From an uncultured Chitinophagales bacterium (GTDB taxonomy: Bacteria; Bacteroidota; Bacteroidia; Chitinophagales; JADIYW01), in the NCBI GenBank assembly GCA_964653095.1, contig CAZZEH010000002.1:88899-152898 (forward strand): a stretch of DNA of 64,000 nt, given 5' to 3'. Positions within the stretch are counted from its first letter, which is position 1. Each line of letters opens with the position of its first letter. Positions 28,948 to 39,682 of the stretch are shown here, piece after piece. The notes beneath the pieces are model-generated. The model saw only the letters and a list, made by a program, of their open reading frames with translations, ran no database searches and had not been told where the DNA came from. The translations under genes and the position numbers were made by a program.

Positions 28948-31362
28948 CTATTGTTTTAATGATTCTAAAGCCTCATCTATGCTAATGAAGAATTTGTGCT
29001 TAAAATATTTTCCTTCTACCCACGCTTCCAAAAAGGTATTGTAAGCCGCAGAACCCGGATTGCCGGATTGTCCGCCGGGGTACATTCCGTAGCCCTGAAC
29101 TTTTTTATCCTGAAAATCTATAATAAAACGCACAGACGCTCCCCATCGCGAAGAAGTGGCATTGACTATTCCGCCATAGCCGCCAATTTTTAAATTGCTT
29201 TCAGAAAATTCCTGCAGCATGGAAAGATGTGTTACGCTGGTATTTTTATAAGTTCTGAAATCAGTTTTCTCCGGATTTTTTTCAAACCAGACAATTGTTG
29301 AATCGAAAGAGATTAAAAGGATATCTTTTAAAGTTTCCTTTCTGGGAGTAGATTGAATATCAAACAGGGCAAAATTCGGATTGTCCCTCATAATGTCTAT
29401 CGTCGTGTATTCTGCCGGATAGAGAAAAGTGGCTTCTTCTGTATTTTTCAGTTCATCCCAGGCGATTTTTTCAAACTCATCCCACCACTGATAAAAGAAG
29501 GAAGGCGCATGTGCGTCGTAATCTGTAATATAATCCCAGCTCGCCAAAGCTTTGTACATTTCAGTATGTCCATATTTCTTTTCAATATACGGGAGCATAA
29601 TAGGCAGGGCATCACGGGCGTGTACACTCACATTATCATATTGTAACCTTTTCATTTTATTGACGGTGAAATCATTATGCTCTTCCAGATATTCATTTAT
29701 CCTTCTGTTTCTGAAGTTTTCATAGTAAAATCCATACACGTAATACGGATAACTCTCGTCCACAGGAATTTGATTGGCAGAACTTAAGAAACCTCTGTTG
29801 GGATTGAGTGCATGAGGATTGTGTTCATTAGGAATAAACAGATTAAAAATTTGCTGAGTATCCGCATGAGTTAAATCCTGAATAAACTTTCCCTGCTCCG
29901 GGTAACGCACCCAAAACTTTCCCTGTTCCTTTATAGCAATATTGTTTTCAATGTCTGCATATACAAAATTTTGCCCCGGGCACCAATAGTGATTCAAAGC
30001 TTCAAGATAATCCTGATGATTTTGCGCCCGATTGAGCAGATAAAAAGCTTTTAAATCATTGCTCTTATACAAGGCAGTCCAGCTCATAGCCAAGTCTTTT
30101 TTGTCGCCGGCGATATCGTAATCTTTATCATAAACGACAGGACCTATCTTTGTCCATTTGATTTCTTCTTTTACTGACTTGCTGCCTTTTACTTTGTACT
30201 TTTCAATTCTTTTTTCAAATTCAAACCATTCATTTCCAATACGATATTTGTTATCGTCGTCTGATTTCCTTTGCACGGTGTACCAATCTCTGACATCCAT
30301 TCCGGCATTCGTCACCCCCCACGCTATGCGGTCATTATACCCAATAATAATTCCCGGAGCTCCGGGCAGCGACACACCATAGACATTCATTCCCGGAGCG
30401 TGAAGCTGCATTTCATACCAAATGGAAGGCAGTGAAAGTGCTAAATGAGGATCGTTGCATAGGATAGGCAGGCCGGATTCTGTTTTGGAACCGTTCACAA
30501 CCCAATTGTTACTTCCGAGACCTTTTGGCGGCAGGTAGTAAAATAGTGGATTTTTATAAAAAGATATATCGGACTTACTTCCTTTTTCTTCGTAAGGAGT
30601 TGTCGGAGCATCAATTGCGTTAAATTGGAAAGGAGTATTTACAGGGATGATTGGATCAGGCACGGAAGGTTTATCCGGATATAATACATCAAAGATTTGT
30701 CGGCCAAACTTTTTCAGTGCGTTAGAGTATTCAATGTCGTTATCTCTCCCCGTTAAATCCAAAGCCATATACTTAAGCAATAGGGCAGAATTTAGAGGTA
30801 CCCATTTTTCGGGTTTATATCCCATCAGTTTGTATTCGATGGGCAGTTTGCCGCGTTTGGCTTCCGCAATAAATTTATTAACTCCTTTGGTGAAGGCTTC
30901 AACTGTTTGCTTGGTTATTGAGTCCTCCATCATGAATTCTAAGGCTTCTTCGGCAGACTTTCTTAGTCCCAATCTCCTGTGCCACTTGTCTAATGGTAAC
31001 GCTTTTTCTCCAACAATTTCTGCCAGTCTTCCGGATGCGGCATAACTGATAAACTCCATTTGCCAAAGCCGATCTTTAGCCATAGTATATCCTTGTGCAA
31101 AATATAAATCCTGTTCATTGTCGGCAAAAATATGAGGGATATAATTGTCATCATATACTATTGTAGCTTTGCTGTGGATAGCTTTGAGTTTGGTGACCGT
31201 ATTTTGATTGGGTGAAGTTTCAATATTTGCCCAAAAGCCATGACTGGGACTTAGCAATACTCCCAATGCCGGAGAACTGCTCCGATTCACGCTCAAAATG
31301 ACAGTGATGGTGACGGATACTATGAGAAGTATTATTCCACTGATTTTTTTCAGCATAGGCAA
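28948..31362 (-). CDS. Penicillin acylase family protein (Ntn-hydrolase; penicillin/AHL acylase-like)
   Basis: 804 aa. Signal/TM anchor, YAQGY...DRLWQM alpha-subunit motif, and LGSNNWVV...NDPHL, in which Ser (codon 30511-30513, about residue 284) would be the autoproteolytic nucleophile. Confidence 0.88.
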   Translation of the reverse strand: MPMLKKISGIILLIVSVTITVILSVNRSSSPALGVLLSPSHGFWANIETSPNQNTVTKLKAIHSKATIVYDDNYIPHIFADNEQDLYFAQGYTMAKDRLWQMEFISYAASGRLAEIVGEKALPLDKWHRRLGLRKSAEEALEFMMEDSITKQTVEAFTKGVNKFIAEAKRGKLPIEYKLMGYKPEKWVPLNSALLLKYMALDLTGRDNDIEYSNALKKFGRQIFDVLYPDKPSVPDPIIPVNTPFQFNAIDAPTTPYEEKGSKSDISFYKNPLFYYLPPKGLGSNNWVVNGSKTESGLPILCNDPHLALSLPSIWYEMQLHAPGMNVYGVSLPGAPGIIIGYNDRIAWGVTNAGMDVRDWYTVQRKSDDDNKYRIGNEWFEFEKRIEKYKVKGSKSVKEEIKWTKIGPVVYDKDYDIAGDKKDLAMSWTALYKSNDLKAFYLLNRAQNHQDYLEALNHYWCPGQNFVYADIENNIAIKEQGKFWVRYPEQGKFIQDLTHADTQQIFNLFIPNEHNPHALNPNRGFLSSANQIPVDESYPYYVYGFYYENFRNRRINEYLEEHNDFTVNKMKRLQYDNVSVHARDALPIMLPYIEKKYGHTEMYKALASWDYITDYDAHAPSFFYQWWDEFEKIAWDELKNTEEATFLYPAEYTTIDIMRDNPNFALFDIQSTPRKETLKDILLISFDSTIVWFEKNPEKTDFRTYKNTSVTHLSMLQEFSESNLKIGGYGGIVNATSSRWGASVRFIIDFQDKKVQGYGMYPGGQSGNPGSAAYNTFLEAWVEGKYFKHKFFISIDEALESLKQ

Positions 31363-31513
31363 TATTGTCGGTGTATATAATTGAAATCAAAATATAAAAA
31401 TTGTCGCAGAATCGCAATTTATTATAGAAATACTTTCAGTTTTTTTAATAAACTGTTGGAATGAATTGTGCAGAAAAATGGCCTCTGAACCTTGGTGTAA
31501 TTTTATAAAACAG

Positions 31514-32356
31514 TCACAGTTTTTCAAAAAGGCACACAGTTTCTTTGGCCTCCCGGACGTCATGCACTCTTATTATTTGAGTACCTTTCGTTAGGGCATA
31601 CATATTAAGGGCTGTCGTCCCCGTAAGTGCGGAGTTGCTTTGCGGAGTGGTATTCAGAGTTTTCCAAATCATGGATTTACGAGAAAAACCAACTAACAAG
31701 GGTCTGTTGAAAATGTGAAACGCTTCAAGTTTTTTCAGTAATTCGAAATTGTGCTTTGTCGTTTTCCCAAATCCAAATCCGGGATCAATAATGATATCCT
31801 GAATTCCTGCTTCTAATGCTTTTTGAATCTGAATAGCCAATTGGCTCATCACATCCTGCATCAGATTATTGTATGAAGGCTTTTTTTGCATGTTTTCGGG
31901 AGTACCCTGTATGTGCATGAGAATATACGGGACCCGATATTTTGCCGTAACAGAAAAAATATTAGAATCTATAGTACCGCCACTGATGTCATTAATTATA
32001 TGAGCTCCGGCGTCAAGGCATGCCTCAGCTACCAAGCTTTGATAGGTGTCTATTGAAATCAGGGTGTCGGGGTGTTTTTTTTGAGCATACTCGATTATTG
32101 GCAACAGTTTGCTGATTTCATCTTTTGGATTGCTCAAAGGAGTTCCGGATTTGGTCGTGGCGGCGCCCAAATCTATCCAGTCTACACCTTCGGATATTAT
32201 TTCGTCAATTCTTTTTTTCGCTTGTTTTTCGATGAAATACCTGCCGCCGTCATAAAAAGAGTCTTGGGTAAGATTGACTATTCCCATTATTTGAGGGCGG
32301 TTAAAAGTGTAAAGCTTCCCTTTGCTTTGGATGTTAAATGCGCGAAACAAATGCAT
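31514..32356 (-). CDS. folP: Dihydropteroate synthase
   Basis: 280 aa. MGIVNLTQDSFYDGG, DIGA-type (DLGAATT), INDISGG, and PGFGFGKT motifs. Confidence 0.92.
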   Translation of the reverse strand: MHLFRAFNIQSKGKLYTFNRPQIMGIVNLTQDSFYDGGRYFIEKQAKKRIDEIISEGVDWIDLGAATTKSGTPLSNPKDEISKLLPIIEYAQKKHPDTLISIDTYQSLVAEACLDAGAHIINDISGGTIDSNIFSVTAKYRVPYILMHIQGTPENMQKKPSYNNLMQDVMSQLAIQIQKALEAGIQDIIIDPGFGFGKTTKHNFELLKKLEAFHIFNRPLLVGFSRKSMIWKTLNTTPQSNSALTGTTALNMYALTKGTQIIRVHDVREAKETVCLFEKL

Positions 32357-32442
32357 AAATTGAAACTCTTTTAAGGATGCGGTTTAAATGTATTTGGAAA
32401 AATGATAAGTGCTGTGAAATAGTTTAAAACAATGGATAAGCT

Positions 32443-33243
32443 TTATTTCTGGGTCTCTATGATTTCACGGCCTATCATAGCTTTTTTTCTTGCGGCACCC
32501 CACATAAATCCGCCAAGCACCCCATCAGCACGAATCACACGATGGCAGGGTATCAGATAGGCGACAAGATTGCGTCCAACTGCTGCACCCACTGCTCTCG
32601 CAGATTTTGGAGATTCAACTGCATGAGCAATGTCCTGATAAGTTTTTAGCCGACCGCGAGGAATTTCTGTCAGAGCCTTCCACACTTTCAGCTGAAACTT
32701 TGTTCCTTTCAGATGAAGTTTTATGGGAGTCGAAATTTTTTCATCATTGAATACAGCCGGAATTACATCCGAGAAAATACTTTTTTGATGTAACAGACTA
32801 CTATTTGAAAATTGAGCTTTAAGTTTTTTTACAGCTATTTTCTGATCTTCTTCAAAAGATATATAACAGATACCTTTTGGAGTTGAAGCCGCAATTATTT
32901 GACCATACGGGGTGGGGAGGAACTCATATTCTATTTTTACAGAGTCAATTTCTCCGGCATCCATTTCTTTTATTTCAAAATTCTGTGTGGGGAGGTCAGT
33001 TCTTAGTTCTGTCTGATTAAATAATGATATCTGTGTTTCAGGTTTTAAAATCTTCCGGATGTGTCGGATCTGAATATTTTCCAAAAACGAAACTATTCCG
33101 ATACTTGACCAGGTTTTAAAAGCTTTGTTGGCATCTTCAAAGGTAATATCCAGCTCTTTGCACGATTCTCTGATAGATTCGGGATTGACATGTTGTACCA
33201 AATCTTTACTTAAAATAGAGGCGATAATTTCAAAATTGCTCAT
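32443..33243 (-). CDS. ogt: Methylated-DNA--protein-cysteine methyltransferase with an extended N-terminal region (Ada-like, no Zn-finger seen)
   Basis: 266 aa. C-terminal F...VW..L..IP.G...TY..IA and catalytic IPCHRV motifs. About 100 extra N-terminal residues. Confidence 0.8.
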   Translation of the reverse strand: MSNFEIIASILSKDLVQHVNPESIRESCKELDITFEDANKAFKTWSSIGIVSFLENIQIRHIRKILKPETQISLFNQTELRTDLPTQNFEIKEMDAGEIDSVKIEYEFLPTPYGQIIAASTPKGICYISFEEDQKIAVKKLKAQFSNSSLLHQKSIFSDVIPAVFNDEKISTPIKLHLKGTKFQLKVWKALTEIPRGRLKTYQDIAHAVESPKSARAVGAAVGRNLVAYLIPCHRVIRADGVLGGFMWGAARKKAMIGREIIETQK

Positions 33244-33246
33244 TTT

Positions 33247-33960
33247 CTATACATTGACCCCAAACAGATACCCTACTAATCCAGATAATACCATAGCGAT
33301 AGTTCCCCAAACGGCAATTCTCCAAGAAGCTTTTAGCATACTGGCTCCTCCTGCTTTTGCAGAAACAGCCCCGAGTATAATCAGAGAAATTATTGTGAAT
33401 CCGTAAAGAGAAAATTCCATACTTGAAAGTGGAGCGAAAAATGTAACTAACAGGGGAAGCGACCCACCAACGGTAAATGCGGCTCCGGACGCTGTAGCAG
33501 CCTGTATAGGATTGGCCTGTGTTATTTCGTTGATGCCCAGTTCATCTCTGACGTGCGCAGCTAATGCGTCATGTTCGGTCAGTTCTTTGGCCACAGTCAT
33601 AGCAGTTTCTTTCTTCAGACCTCTTTCTTCGTATATTTTGGCTAAGAGTTTAAGTTCAAATTCTGGAAACTGCTCCAATTCTATAGCTTCCCGCTCGATA
33701 TCCGCTTTTTCAATGTCAGTTTGAGAACTTACAGATACATATTCTCCGGCAGCCATAGACAGTGCGCCCGCCACTAATCCGGCTACTGTAGCCAAAAGGA
33801 CAGGGTCTCTTGCTGAACTGGCAGCAGCTACGCCTATTGCCAAACTTGAAATAGAAATAATGCCATCGTTGGCGCCCAATACGGCAGCGCGAAGCCAGTT
33901 ACTTCTGTTGATATAGTGATTATCTAAATAGTTATCTAATGTTACCTTTTTCAGGTTCAT
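33247..33960 (-). CDS. VIT1/CCC1 family iron/manganese transporter
   Basis: 237 aa. NWLRAAVLGANDGIISISSL, an acidic cytoplasmic helical segment, and C-terminal TM helices. Confidence 0.85.
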   Translation of the reverse strand: MNLKKVTLDNYLDNHYINRSNWLRAAVLGANDGIISISSLAIGVAAASSARDPVLLATVAGLVAGALSMAAGEYVSVSSQTDIEKADIEREAIELEQFPEFELKLLAKIYEERGLKKETAMTVAKELTEHDALAAHVRDELGINEITQANPIQAATASGAAFTVGGSLPLLVTFFAPLSSMEFSLYGFTIISLIILGAVSAKAGGASMLKASWRIAVWGTIAMVLSGLVGYLFGVNV

Positions 33961-34175
33961 GTTTTTGATTGAAGTTAATGTTCTTTAAGATAATAACATC
34001 ATAAAAGTAAAAAGTTCATTAAATGCACTTTTATTTTTAGTACTAAAAAGATATAAAAACACCTCTTATTTTTTTGCTTCCGGTATCTATTCCTGTCCGT
34101 TTATATTTCATTCTTGATTTATTTGCTTTTGTTGCCTGCGAATAGGATATTTGAAGGTAAAATAAAATTGATGCG

Positions 34176-34955
34176 ATGAGGTTCAAAAATCTTTTGTGGT
34201 CAGTCGATTCCGGAATTCTGACGATTACAATAAACAGACCGGATAAATTAAATGCATTAAACAGTGAAACCATACTTGAAATCAAGCAGGCGTTTGAGAC
34301 AGCGCGAACTCTTGAAGGATTGATAGGAGTAATTTTGACCGGTGCGGGCGATAAAGCATTTGTAGCCGGAGCAGATATTACAGAGTTTCAGGGACTCAGC
34401 CCCGAAGAAGCCAAGAGACTTGCGAAAAGGGGACATGATATTTTTAATCAGATAGAATCTATGTCTGTACCTGTGATTGCTGTAGTCAATGGGTACGCTT
34501 TGGGCGGAGGATGTGAATTATCTATGGCCTGTCATTTGAGAATTGCCACCTCCAATGCCAAATTTGGACAGCCGGAGGTCAATCTCGGAATAATAGCAGG
34601 TTATGGCGGGACTCAGAGAATGATACAGTACGCGGGAAAAGCACGTTCATTAGAATTACATATGACCGCTGATATTATTGATGCCAACACTGCTCTTAAT
34701 TGGGGATTAGTCAATTATGTAGAAACGGAAAAAAATGTTGCTCTTGAAAAAGCTCAGTATTTGATAAATAAAATTGGATCAAAAGGACCTGTCGCGATTT
34801 CAAAGGTAATAGAGGTAACCAATGATTACTTTAAGCCCGGAGTGGATGGTTTTGCATCTGAAATAGAAGCTTTTGGCGAGATTTTTAATTCTCCAGATGT
34901 AAAAGAAGGAGTGGAAGCATTTTTGGAAAAGAGGAAACCAAATTTCAAACGATAG
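34176..34955 (+). CDS. Enoyl-CoA hydratase (short-chain crotonase)
   Basis: 259 aa. FVAGADI, VNGYALGGGCELSMAC, QPEVNLGI and EGVEAFLEKRKPNF motifs. Confidence 0.9.
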   Translation: MRFKNLLWSVDSGILTITINRPDKLNALNSETILEIKQAFETARTLEGLIGVILTGAGDKAFVAGADITEFQGLSPEEAKRLAKRGHDIFNQIESMSVPVIAVVNGYALGGGCELSMACHLRIATSNAKFGQPEVNLGIIAGYGGTQRMIQYAGKARSLELHMTADIIDANTALNWGLVNYVETEKNVALEKAQYLINKIGSKGPVAISKVIEVTNDYFKPGVDGFASEIEAFGEIFNSPDVKEGVEAFLEKRKPNFKR

Positions 34956-35060
34956 TAGTGATTTAACCAGCCTTAAAAATTTATTTTAGAACCAAAACTA
35001 ACAGGATATGGAATTGTTAGTGAGGTAAAATATTATCTGATAAATATTAAAATCATAATA

Positions 35061-36482
35061 ATGGAATACAGAATAGAAAATGATGCAATAGGGGATGTAA
35101 AGGTTCCTGTCAATGTCTATTGGGGAGCACAGACCGAACGGTCAAAAGAGAACTTTGTAATTGCTAAGGACATTAATAAAATGCCGAGAGAAATAATTCA
35201 GGCTTTTGCGTACTTGAAAAAAGCTGCTGCAATCACTAATTATGAAGCGGGGGCGCTACCTGAGGATAAGAAAGAGCTTATTGCTCAGGTGTGTGATGAA
35301 ATATTGGAAGGAAAATTATATGATCAGTTTCCTTTGGTGGTCTGGCAAACCGGCTCGGGAACTCAATCTAACATGAATGTGAATGAGGTGATTTCTAACA
35401 GAGCTCATGTCATTTACGGGGGGTATCTGACTGATCCTAAAAAGTATATTCATCCTAATGACGATGTGAATAAATCCCAGTCGTCCAACGATACGTTTCC
35501 AACAGCTATGCACATTGCTGCCTATAAAATATTGGTGGAAGACACTATACCGGGACTTGAGAAGCTGAGAGCTACTTTGTATAAGAAATCCCAAGATTTC
35601 ATGCACGTGGTAAAAATTGGCAGGACTCATTTTATGGATGCAACACCGCTTACGTTGGGACAGGAGTTTTCAGGTTATGTGTCTCAGCTGGATCACGGCA
35701 TAAGAGCTATAAAAAACACCTTGCTTCATTTGTCCGAATTGGCTTTGGGAGGAACGGCTGTTGGTACCGGTCTGAACACTCCAAAAGGTTATGCCGTCAA
35801 TGTCGCCAGAAATATTGCAAAGTTGACAGGACATCCTTTCGTTACTGCGGAAAATAAATTTGAAGCCTTGGCAGCTCACGATGCTATTGTAGAAGCACAT
35901 GGAGCGTTGAAAACTGTTGCAGTTTCGCTGATGAAGATAGGTAATGATATTCGTATGCTTTCATCAGGTCCGCGCGCCGGAATCGGAGAAATTATTATTC
36001 CCGAAAACGAGCCGGGATCTTCCATTATGCCGGGCAAAGTAAATCCTACACAATGTGAAGCAATTACCATGGTGGCCGCCCAAGTTTTGGGAAATGATGT
36101 AGCCATCAATATCGGCGGTTCTAATGGACAGTTTGAGCTGAATGTGTTTAAACCGATGATGATTTACAACTTTCTTCACTCCGCGCGATTGATAGCAGAT
36201 GCTACAGTTAGCTTTAATGATCACCTTGCAGTAGGAATAGAACCTATGACCAAAAATATTCAGCAGCATGTAAGGAACTCCTTGATGCTTGTGACAGCAT
36301 TGAATACTAAAATCGGCTATGATAATGCCACGCTTATTGCGCAACATGCTCATAGAGAAGGTCTAACTCTAAAACAGGCAGCACTTGAAACCAAATTGAA
36401 AGGATTGGATTTTGAATACATGACAGAAGCTCAGTTTGATGAATGGGTAGATCCTTCCAAAATGGTGGGAGATATCAGTTAA
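35061..36482 (+). CDS. fumC: Class II fumarate hydratase
   Basis: 473 aa. The [16 protein letters not shown] signature, plus [10 protein letters not shown] and [10 protein letters not shown]. Confidence 0.95.
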   Translation: MEYRIENDAIGDVKVPVNVYWGAQTERSKENFVIAKDINKMPREIIQAFAYLKKAAAITNYEAGALPEDKKELIAQVCDEILEGKLYDQFPLVVWQTGSGTQSNMNVNEVISNRAHVIYGGYLTDPKKYIHPNDDVNKSQSSNDTFPTAMHIAAYKILVEDTIPGLEKLRATLYKKSQDFMHVVKIGRTHFMDATPLTLGQEFSGYVSQLDHGIRAIKNTLLHLSELALGGTAVGTGLNTPKGYAVNVARNIAKLTGHPFVTAENKFEALAAHDAIVEAHGALKTVAVSLMKIGNDIRMLSSGPRAGIGEIIIPENEPGSSIMPGKVNPTQCEAITMVAAQVLGNDVAINIGGSNGQFELNVFKPMMIYNFLHSARLIADATVSFNDHLAVGIEPMTKNIQQHVRNSLMLVTALNTKIGYDNATLIAQHAHREGLTLKQAALETKLKGLDFEYMTEAQFDEWVDPSKMVGDIS

Positions 36483-36513
36483 TTTTTTCTTTTACGTTTG
36501 AAATGTATCTGTT

Positions 36514-37764
36514 TTAAAGCGGATAATATTTCAGGAGAAAAATCCTGAGCATCACCAATGCAGAAACAGCGGACAGGCCGATGTTTCTTTCCCGGTCTTT
36601 AGTAAAATTGAACTGTCGGATATACTGATGATTTTTGTCCCCTATACCGACATATACTAATCCTACGGGCTTGTCGGCACTTCCTCCCGAAGGTCCTGCA
36701 ATGCCGGATACAGCAATGGAAATGTCAGTATGAAGTTTTTTCAGGACTCCGGTCAGCATTTCACTGACCGTCTGCTCGCTGACTGCGCCGTAAGTATCCA
36801 GAGTTTTTGGTGATACATCCAAGGCAGATATTTTTACTCCATTGGAATACGAAATAATACTTCCGGTATAGTAATCGGAAGAGCCGGGAACTTTGGTCAA
36901 CAGGTGACTGATATAGCCTCCGGTGCAACTTTCTGCGGTACTGATTGTCAGTGTACGGTCTCTTAGCATTTGTCCAATCACTGCTTCAAATGAAGGGTTT
37001 TCAGTACTGTACACATACTTTTCTATTTTGCTCAAAGCTTCCTGAGTAAGTTGTGTGGAAATTCTTTCTGTTTCCACTCTGTTATTGCCATAGCCGGTAA
37101 TTCTTAACCTCACTTTTCCGAGACTTGGGAGGTAAGCGAGTGAAAAGCTTTGAGGAAGATTTTCTTCAAAGTCTGTCAGAGCATCCGCCAGTACTGTTTC
37201 ACCGACTCCTGCGGTATATATATGTGAGAGTACAATATTGGGAAGAGTATATTTTTCTTTGATAGTCGGGATAACTGTGAGTTCCATCATGCTTTTCATT
37301 TCATAAGGCACTCCCGGCATGGATACGATCATTTTCCCGTTTTCAAAGTACATAGAACCCGGAGCTGTACCTTGTGAATTGTGGATTGCAACTGCATTTT
37401 CGGGTAAATAAGCCATTTTAATAGAAGGTTCATGTATTGGCCGGTTTCGGGAAAGGTACATTTCTTTGATATGTGCCCAGCATTCTTCAAACAATATTAG
37501 AGGTGTATGAAAATAATCTGCGATAGCTTCTACTGTCAGATCATCGTTTGTCGGTCCGAGTCCTCCGGTAATCAAAATGATATCCGAAATTTTTGCAGCC
37601 TCTTCGATATACTGTACGATTGTATCTTTTTTGTCGGGAATAGTCCAATGTGCAATAACCTGAATACCGAGTTCGGTCAAATCACTGCCTAAAGTGTAAG
37701 AATTGGTATTGAGTGTGTTTCCTATAAGGAGTTCATCACCTATTGAGAGTATTATGGCTTTCAT
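36514..37764 (-). CDS. cinA: Competence/damage-inducible protein CinA (MoCF-binding domain plus nicotinamide-nucleotide amidohydrolase domain)
   Basis: 416 aa. SIGDELLIG...N.N, ITGGLGPTNDD, and C-terminal TAESCTGG. Confidence 0.9.
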   Translation of the reverse strand: MKAIILSIGDELLIGNTLNTNSYTLGSDLTELGIQVIAHWTIPDKKDTIVQYIEEAAKISDIILITGGLGPTNDDLTVEAIADYFHTPLILFEECWAHIKEMYLSRNRPIHEPSIKMAYLPENAVAIHNSQGTAPGSMYFENGKMIVSMPGVPYEMKSMMELTVIPTIKEKYTLPNIVLSHIYTAGVGETVLADALTDFEENLPQSFSLAYLPSLGKVRLRITGYGNNRVETERISTQLTQEALSKIEKYVYSTENPSFEAVIGQMLRDRTLTISTAESCTGGYISHLLTKVPGSSDYYTGSIISYSNGVKISALDVSPKTLDTYGAVSEQTVSEMLTGVLKKLHTDISIAVSGIAGPSGGSADKPVGLVYVGIGDKNHQYIRQFNFTKDRERNIGLSAVSALVMLRIFLLKYYPL

Positions 37765-37840
37765 ACATTGATTTTAAGAAGTAGAAATTGAAAACCTTCA
37801 CAAAGTTTTTGTTAGATTTACTCAAAAATAAGGTTATTCT

Positions 37841-38578
37841 ATGAAAAATATTTTAAGTATCACTTTAGCTGCTCTTTTATTTTTTGGCAGTTGTACCACC
37901 ACTCAAATTCAGGACACATTAGGAGTTTTAAGCGGTAGCGGAGCAATCTCCAGTACTGAAGCTGCCGGCGGGTTGAAAGAAGCACTGACAAAAGGATTTA
38001 TAACGGCAGTCGGACTTCTGTCTAAAGAAGATGGCTTTTACGGCAATTCATTGGTGAAAATTCCCTGGCCGGAAGAAGCAAAGTTTGTGATGGATGCCAT
38101 GGAAAAAATTGGCATGCAGAATCAGGTGGACAAAGTGACGCTATCATTAAACAGAGCGGCTGAGAAAGCAGCGGGAGAGGCGTTAGATGTTTTTGTACAG
38201 TCTGTCAAGCAAATGACTTTTCAGGATGCAATGGGTATTTTGCTTGGCGGTGACGGGGCAGCGACTGAATATCTGAAACGGACCACTACATCTGTTCTCG
38301 CGGATAAATTCAGACCGATAATAGATAATTCTCTCGGAGCGGTGAATGCAACAAAATACTGGGGAGATGCAATAGGGATTTATAATAAAATCCCATTTGT
38401 CAATAAAAAAGTAGAAACTGATTTAACTCTTTTTGTAACTCAAAAAGCTCTGCAGGGTGTTTTTCTGAGAGTAGAGGAGCAGGAAAATAAATTGAGAGGT
38501 AATATTGGGATGAGAGACACTCCGCTGCTAAAGAAAGTTTTCGGATATGCGGACAGTAAAAAAGCAGAACAAAAATAA
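37841..38578 (+). CDS. DUF4197 domain-containing lipoprotein
   Basis: 245 aa. Lipoprotein signal (FFGSC). GLKEAL, LNRAAEKA, ATEYL and PLLKKVFG patterns are typical of DUF4197. Confidence 0.75.
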   Translation: MKNILSITLAALLFFGSCTTTQIQDTLGVLSGSGAISSTEAAGGLKEALTKGFITAVGLLSKEDGFYGNSLVKIPWPEEAKFVMDAMEKIGMQNQVDKVTLSLNRAAEKAAGEALDVFVQSVKQMTFQDAMGILLGGDGAATEYLKRTTTSVLADKFRPIIDNSLGAVNATKYWGDAIGIYNKIPFVNKKVETDLTLFVTQKALQGVFLRVEEQENKLRGNIGMRDTPLLKKVFGYADSKKAEQK

Positions 38579-38600
38579 ACCGAGTAAATTGTAAATGATG

Positions 38601-38634
38601 AGAGCCTGCAGCGATAAGTTACAGGCTCTTTTTG
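38601..38634 (+). terminator. Intrinsic terminator
   Basis: 8-bp stem agagcctg/caggctct followed by TTTTTG. Confidence 0.65.
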
Positions 38635-38653
38635 TTTCACCTATTTAGTGTGA

Positions 38654-39682
38654 TTACAACAACAGAATGTCATTCGGCTTTAATTTATCCCGAATGTCTT
38701 CTCCCCAAATACTGACCTGCACTTCTCCGATATGCTTCTTGCGCAGCATAAACATGCATACTCTCGACTGTCCAATGCCTCCGCCCACAGCTTCCGTCAA
38801 TAATCCTTCAAGCAGCATTTTGTGATAGGTCAGTTCTATTTTGTTCATACAGCCTTTTATTTCAAGCTGTCTGAGCAGAGAAATCTTATCTACCCGAATA
38901 CCCATAGAGGACAATTCAAAAGCACATTTCAATACTGGATTCCATACAATAATATCACCGTTTAAACCGACGTGTCCGGCTTCATTTGGCTGACTCCAGT
39001 CGTCGTAGTCGGCTGCTCTTCCATCATGAGGTTCTCCGTTGCTTAGAGCATGTCCGATTCCGTATATAAATACTGCCCCCAATTTTTGAGCAATGGCATG
39101 CTCTCTTTCCTTGGAAGTCTTATCCGGATACATCTGCAATAACTCTTCTGCGGAAATGAAAGAAATATTTTCCGGTAAAGACGGACTTATATTAGGATAT
39201 TTTTTTGATACCGCCTGTTCGGTTTCAACCAAAGCTTCGTAAATTTTATTGACAGTTTCCTTTAAGTATGATAAATTTCGCTGTGTGGGTAAAATGTGTT
39301 TCTCCCAGTCCCACTGATCTACGTAAATGGAGTGCAGAGGAGAATAATCTTCATCGGGTCTCAAAGCTTTCATGTCGGTCAGAATTCCTTCTCCCGGTTC
39401 TATTTCAAGCTCTTTGAGCCGTACTCGTTTCCATTTGGCCAAAGAATGTACGACTACTGCCTTTCTGTCTTCCAAAGCCTTGATAGGAAAAGTTACAGGA
39501 CGTTCTATACCTGTCAAATCATCGTTCAAACCGGAGTCTTCTAATACGACCAATGGAGATGAAATAGGAATAAGATTTAATTTTTGCACCAGCTTACTGG
39601 CAAAAGTATCTTTTACGAACTTTATTGCCTGCTCGGTCTTCAGGAGTTCCCTCCCTTTTACAATGGATGATTTAGTAATCAA
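38654..39682 (-). CDS. asnA: Aspartate--ammonia ligase (asparagine synthetase A)
   Basis: 342 aa. Class-II-aaRS-like AsnA motifs (YVDQWDWE, GGGIGQSRVCMFML). Confidence 0.92.
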   Translation of the reverse strand: MITKSSIVKGRELLKTEQAIKFVKDTFASKLVQKLNLIPISSPLVVLEDSGLNDDLTGIERPVTFPIKALEDRKAVVVHSLAKWKRVRLKELEIEPGEGILTDMKALRPDEDYSPLHSIYVDQWDWEKHILPTQRNLSYLKETVNKIYEALVETEQAVSKKYPNISPSLPENISFISAEELLQMYPDKTSKEREHAIAQKLGAVFIYGIGHALSNGEPHDGRAADYDDWSQPNEAGHVGLNGDIIVWNPVLKCAFELSSMGIRVDKISLLRQLEIKGCMNKIELTYHKMLLEGLLTEAVGGGIGQSRVCMFMLRKKHIGEVQVSIWGEDIRDKLKPNDILLL

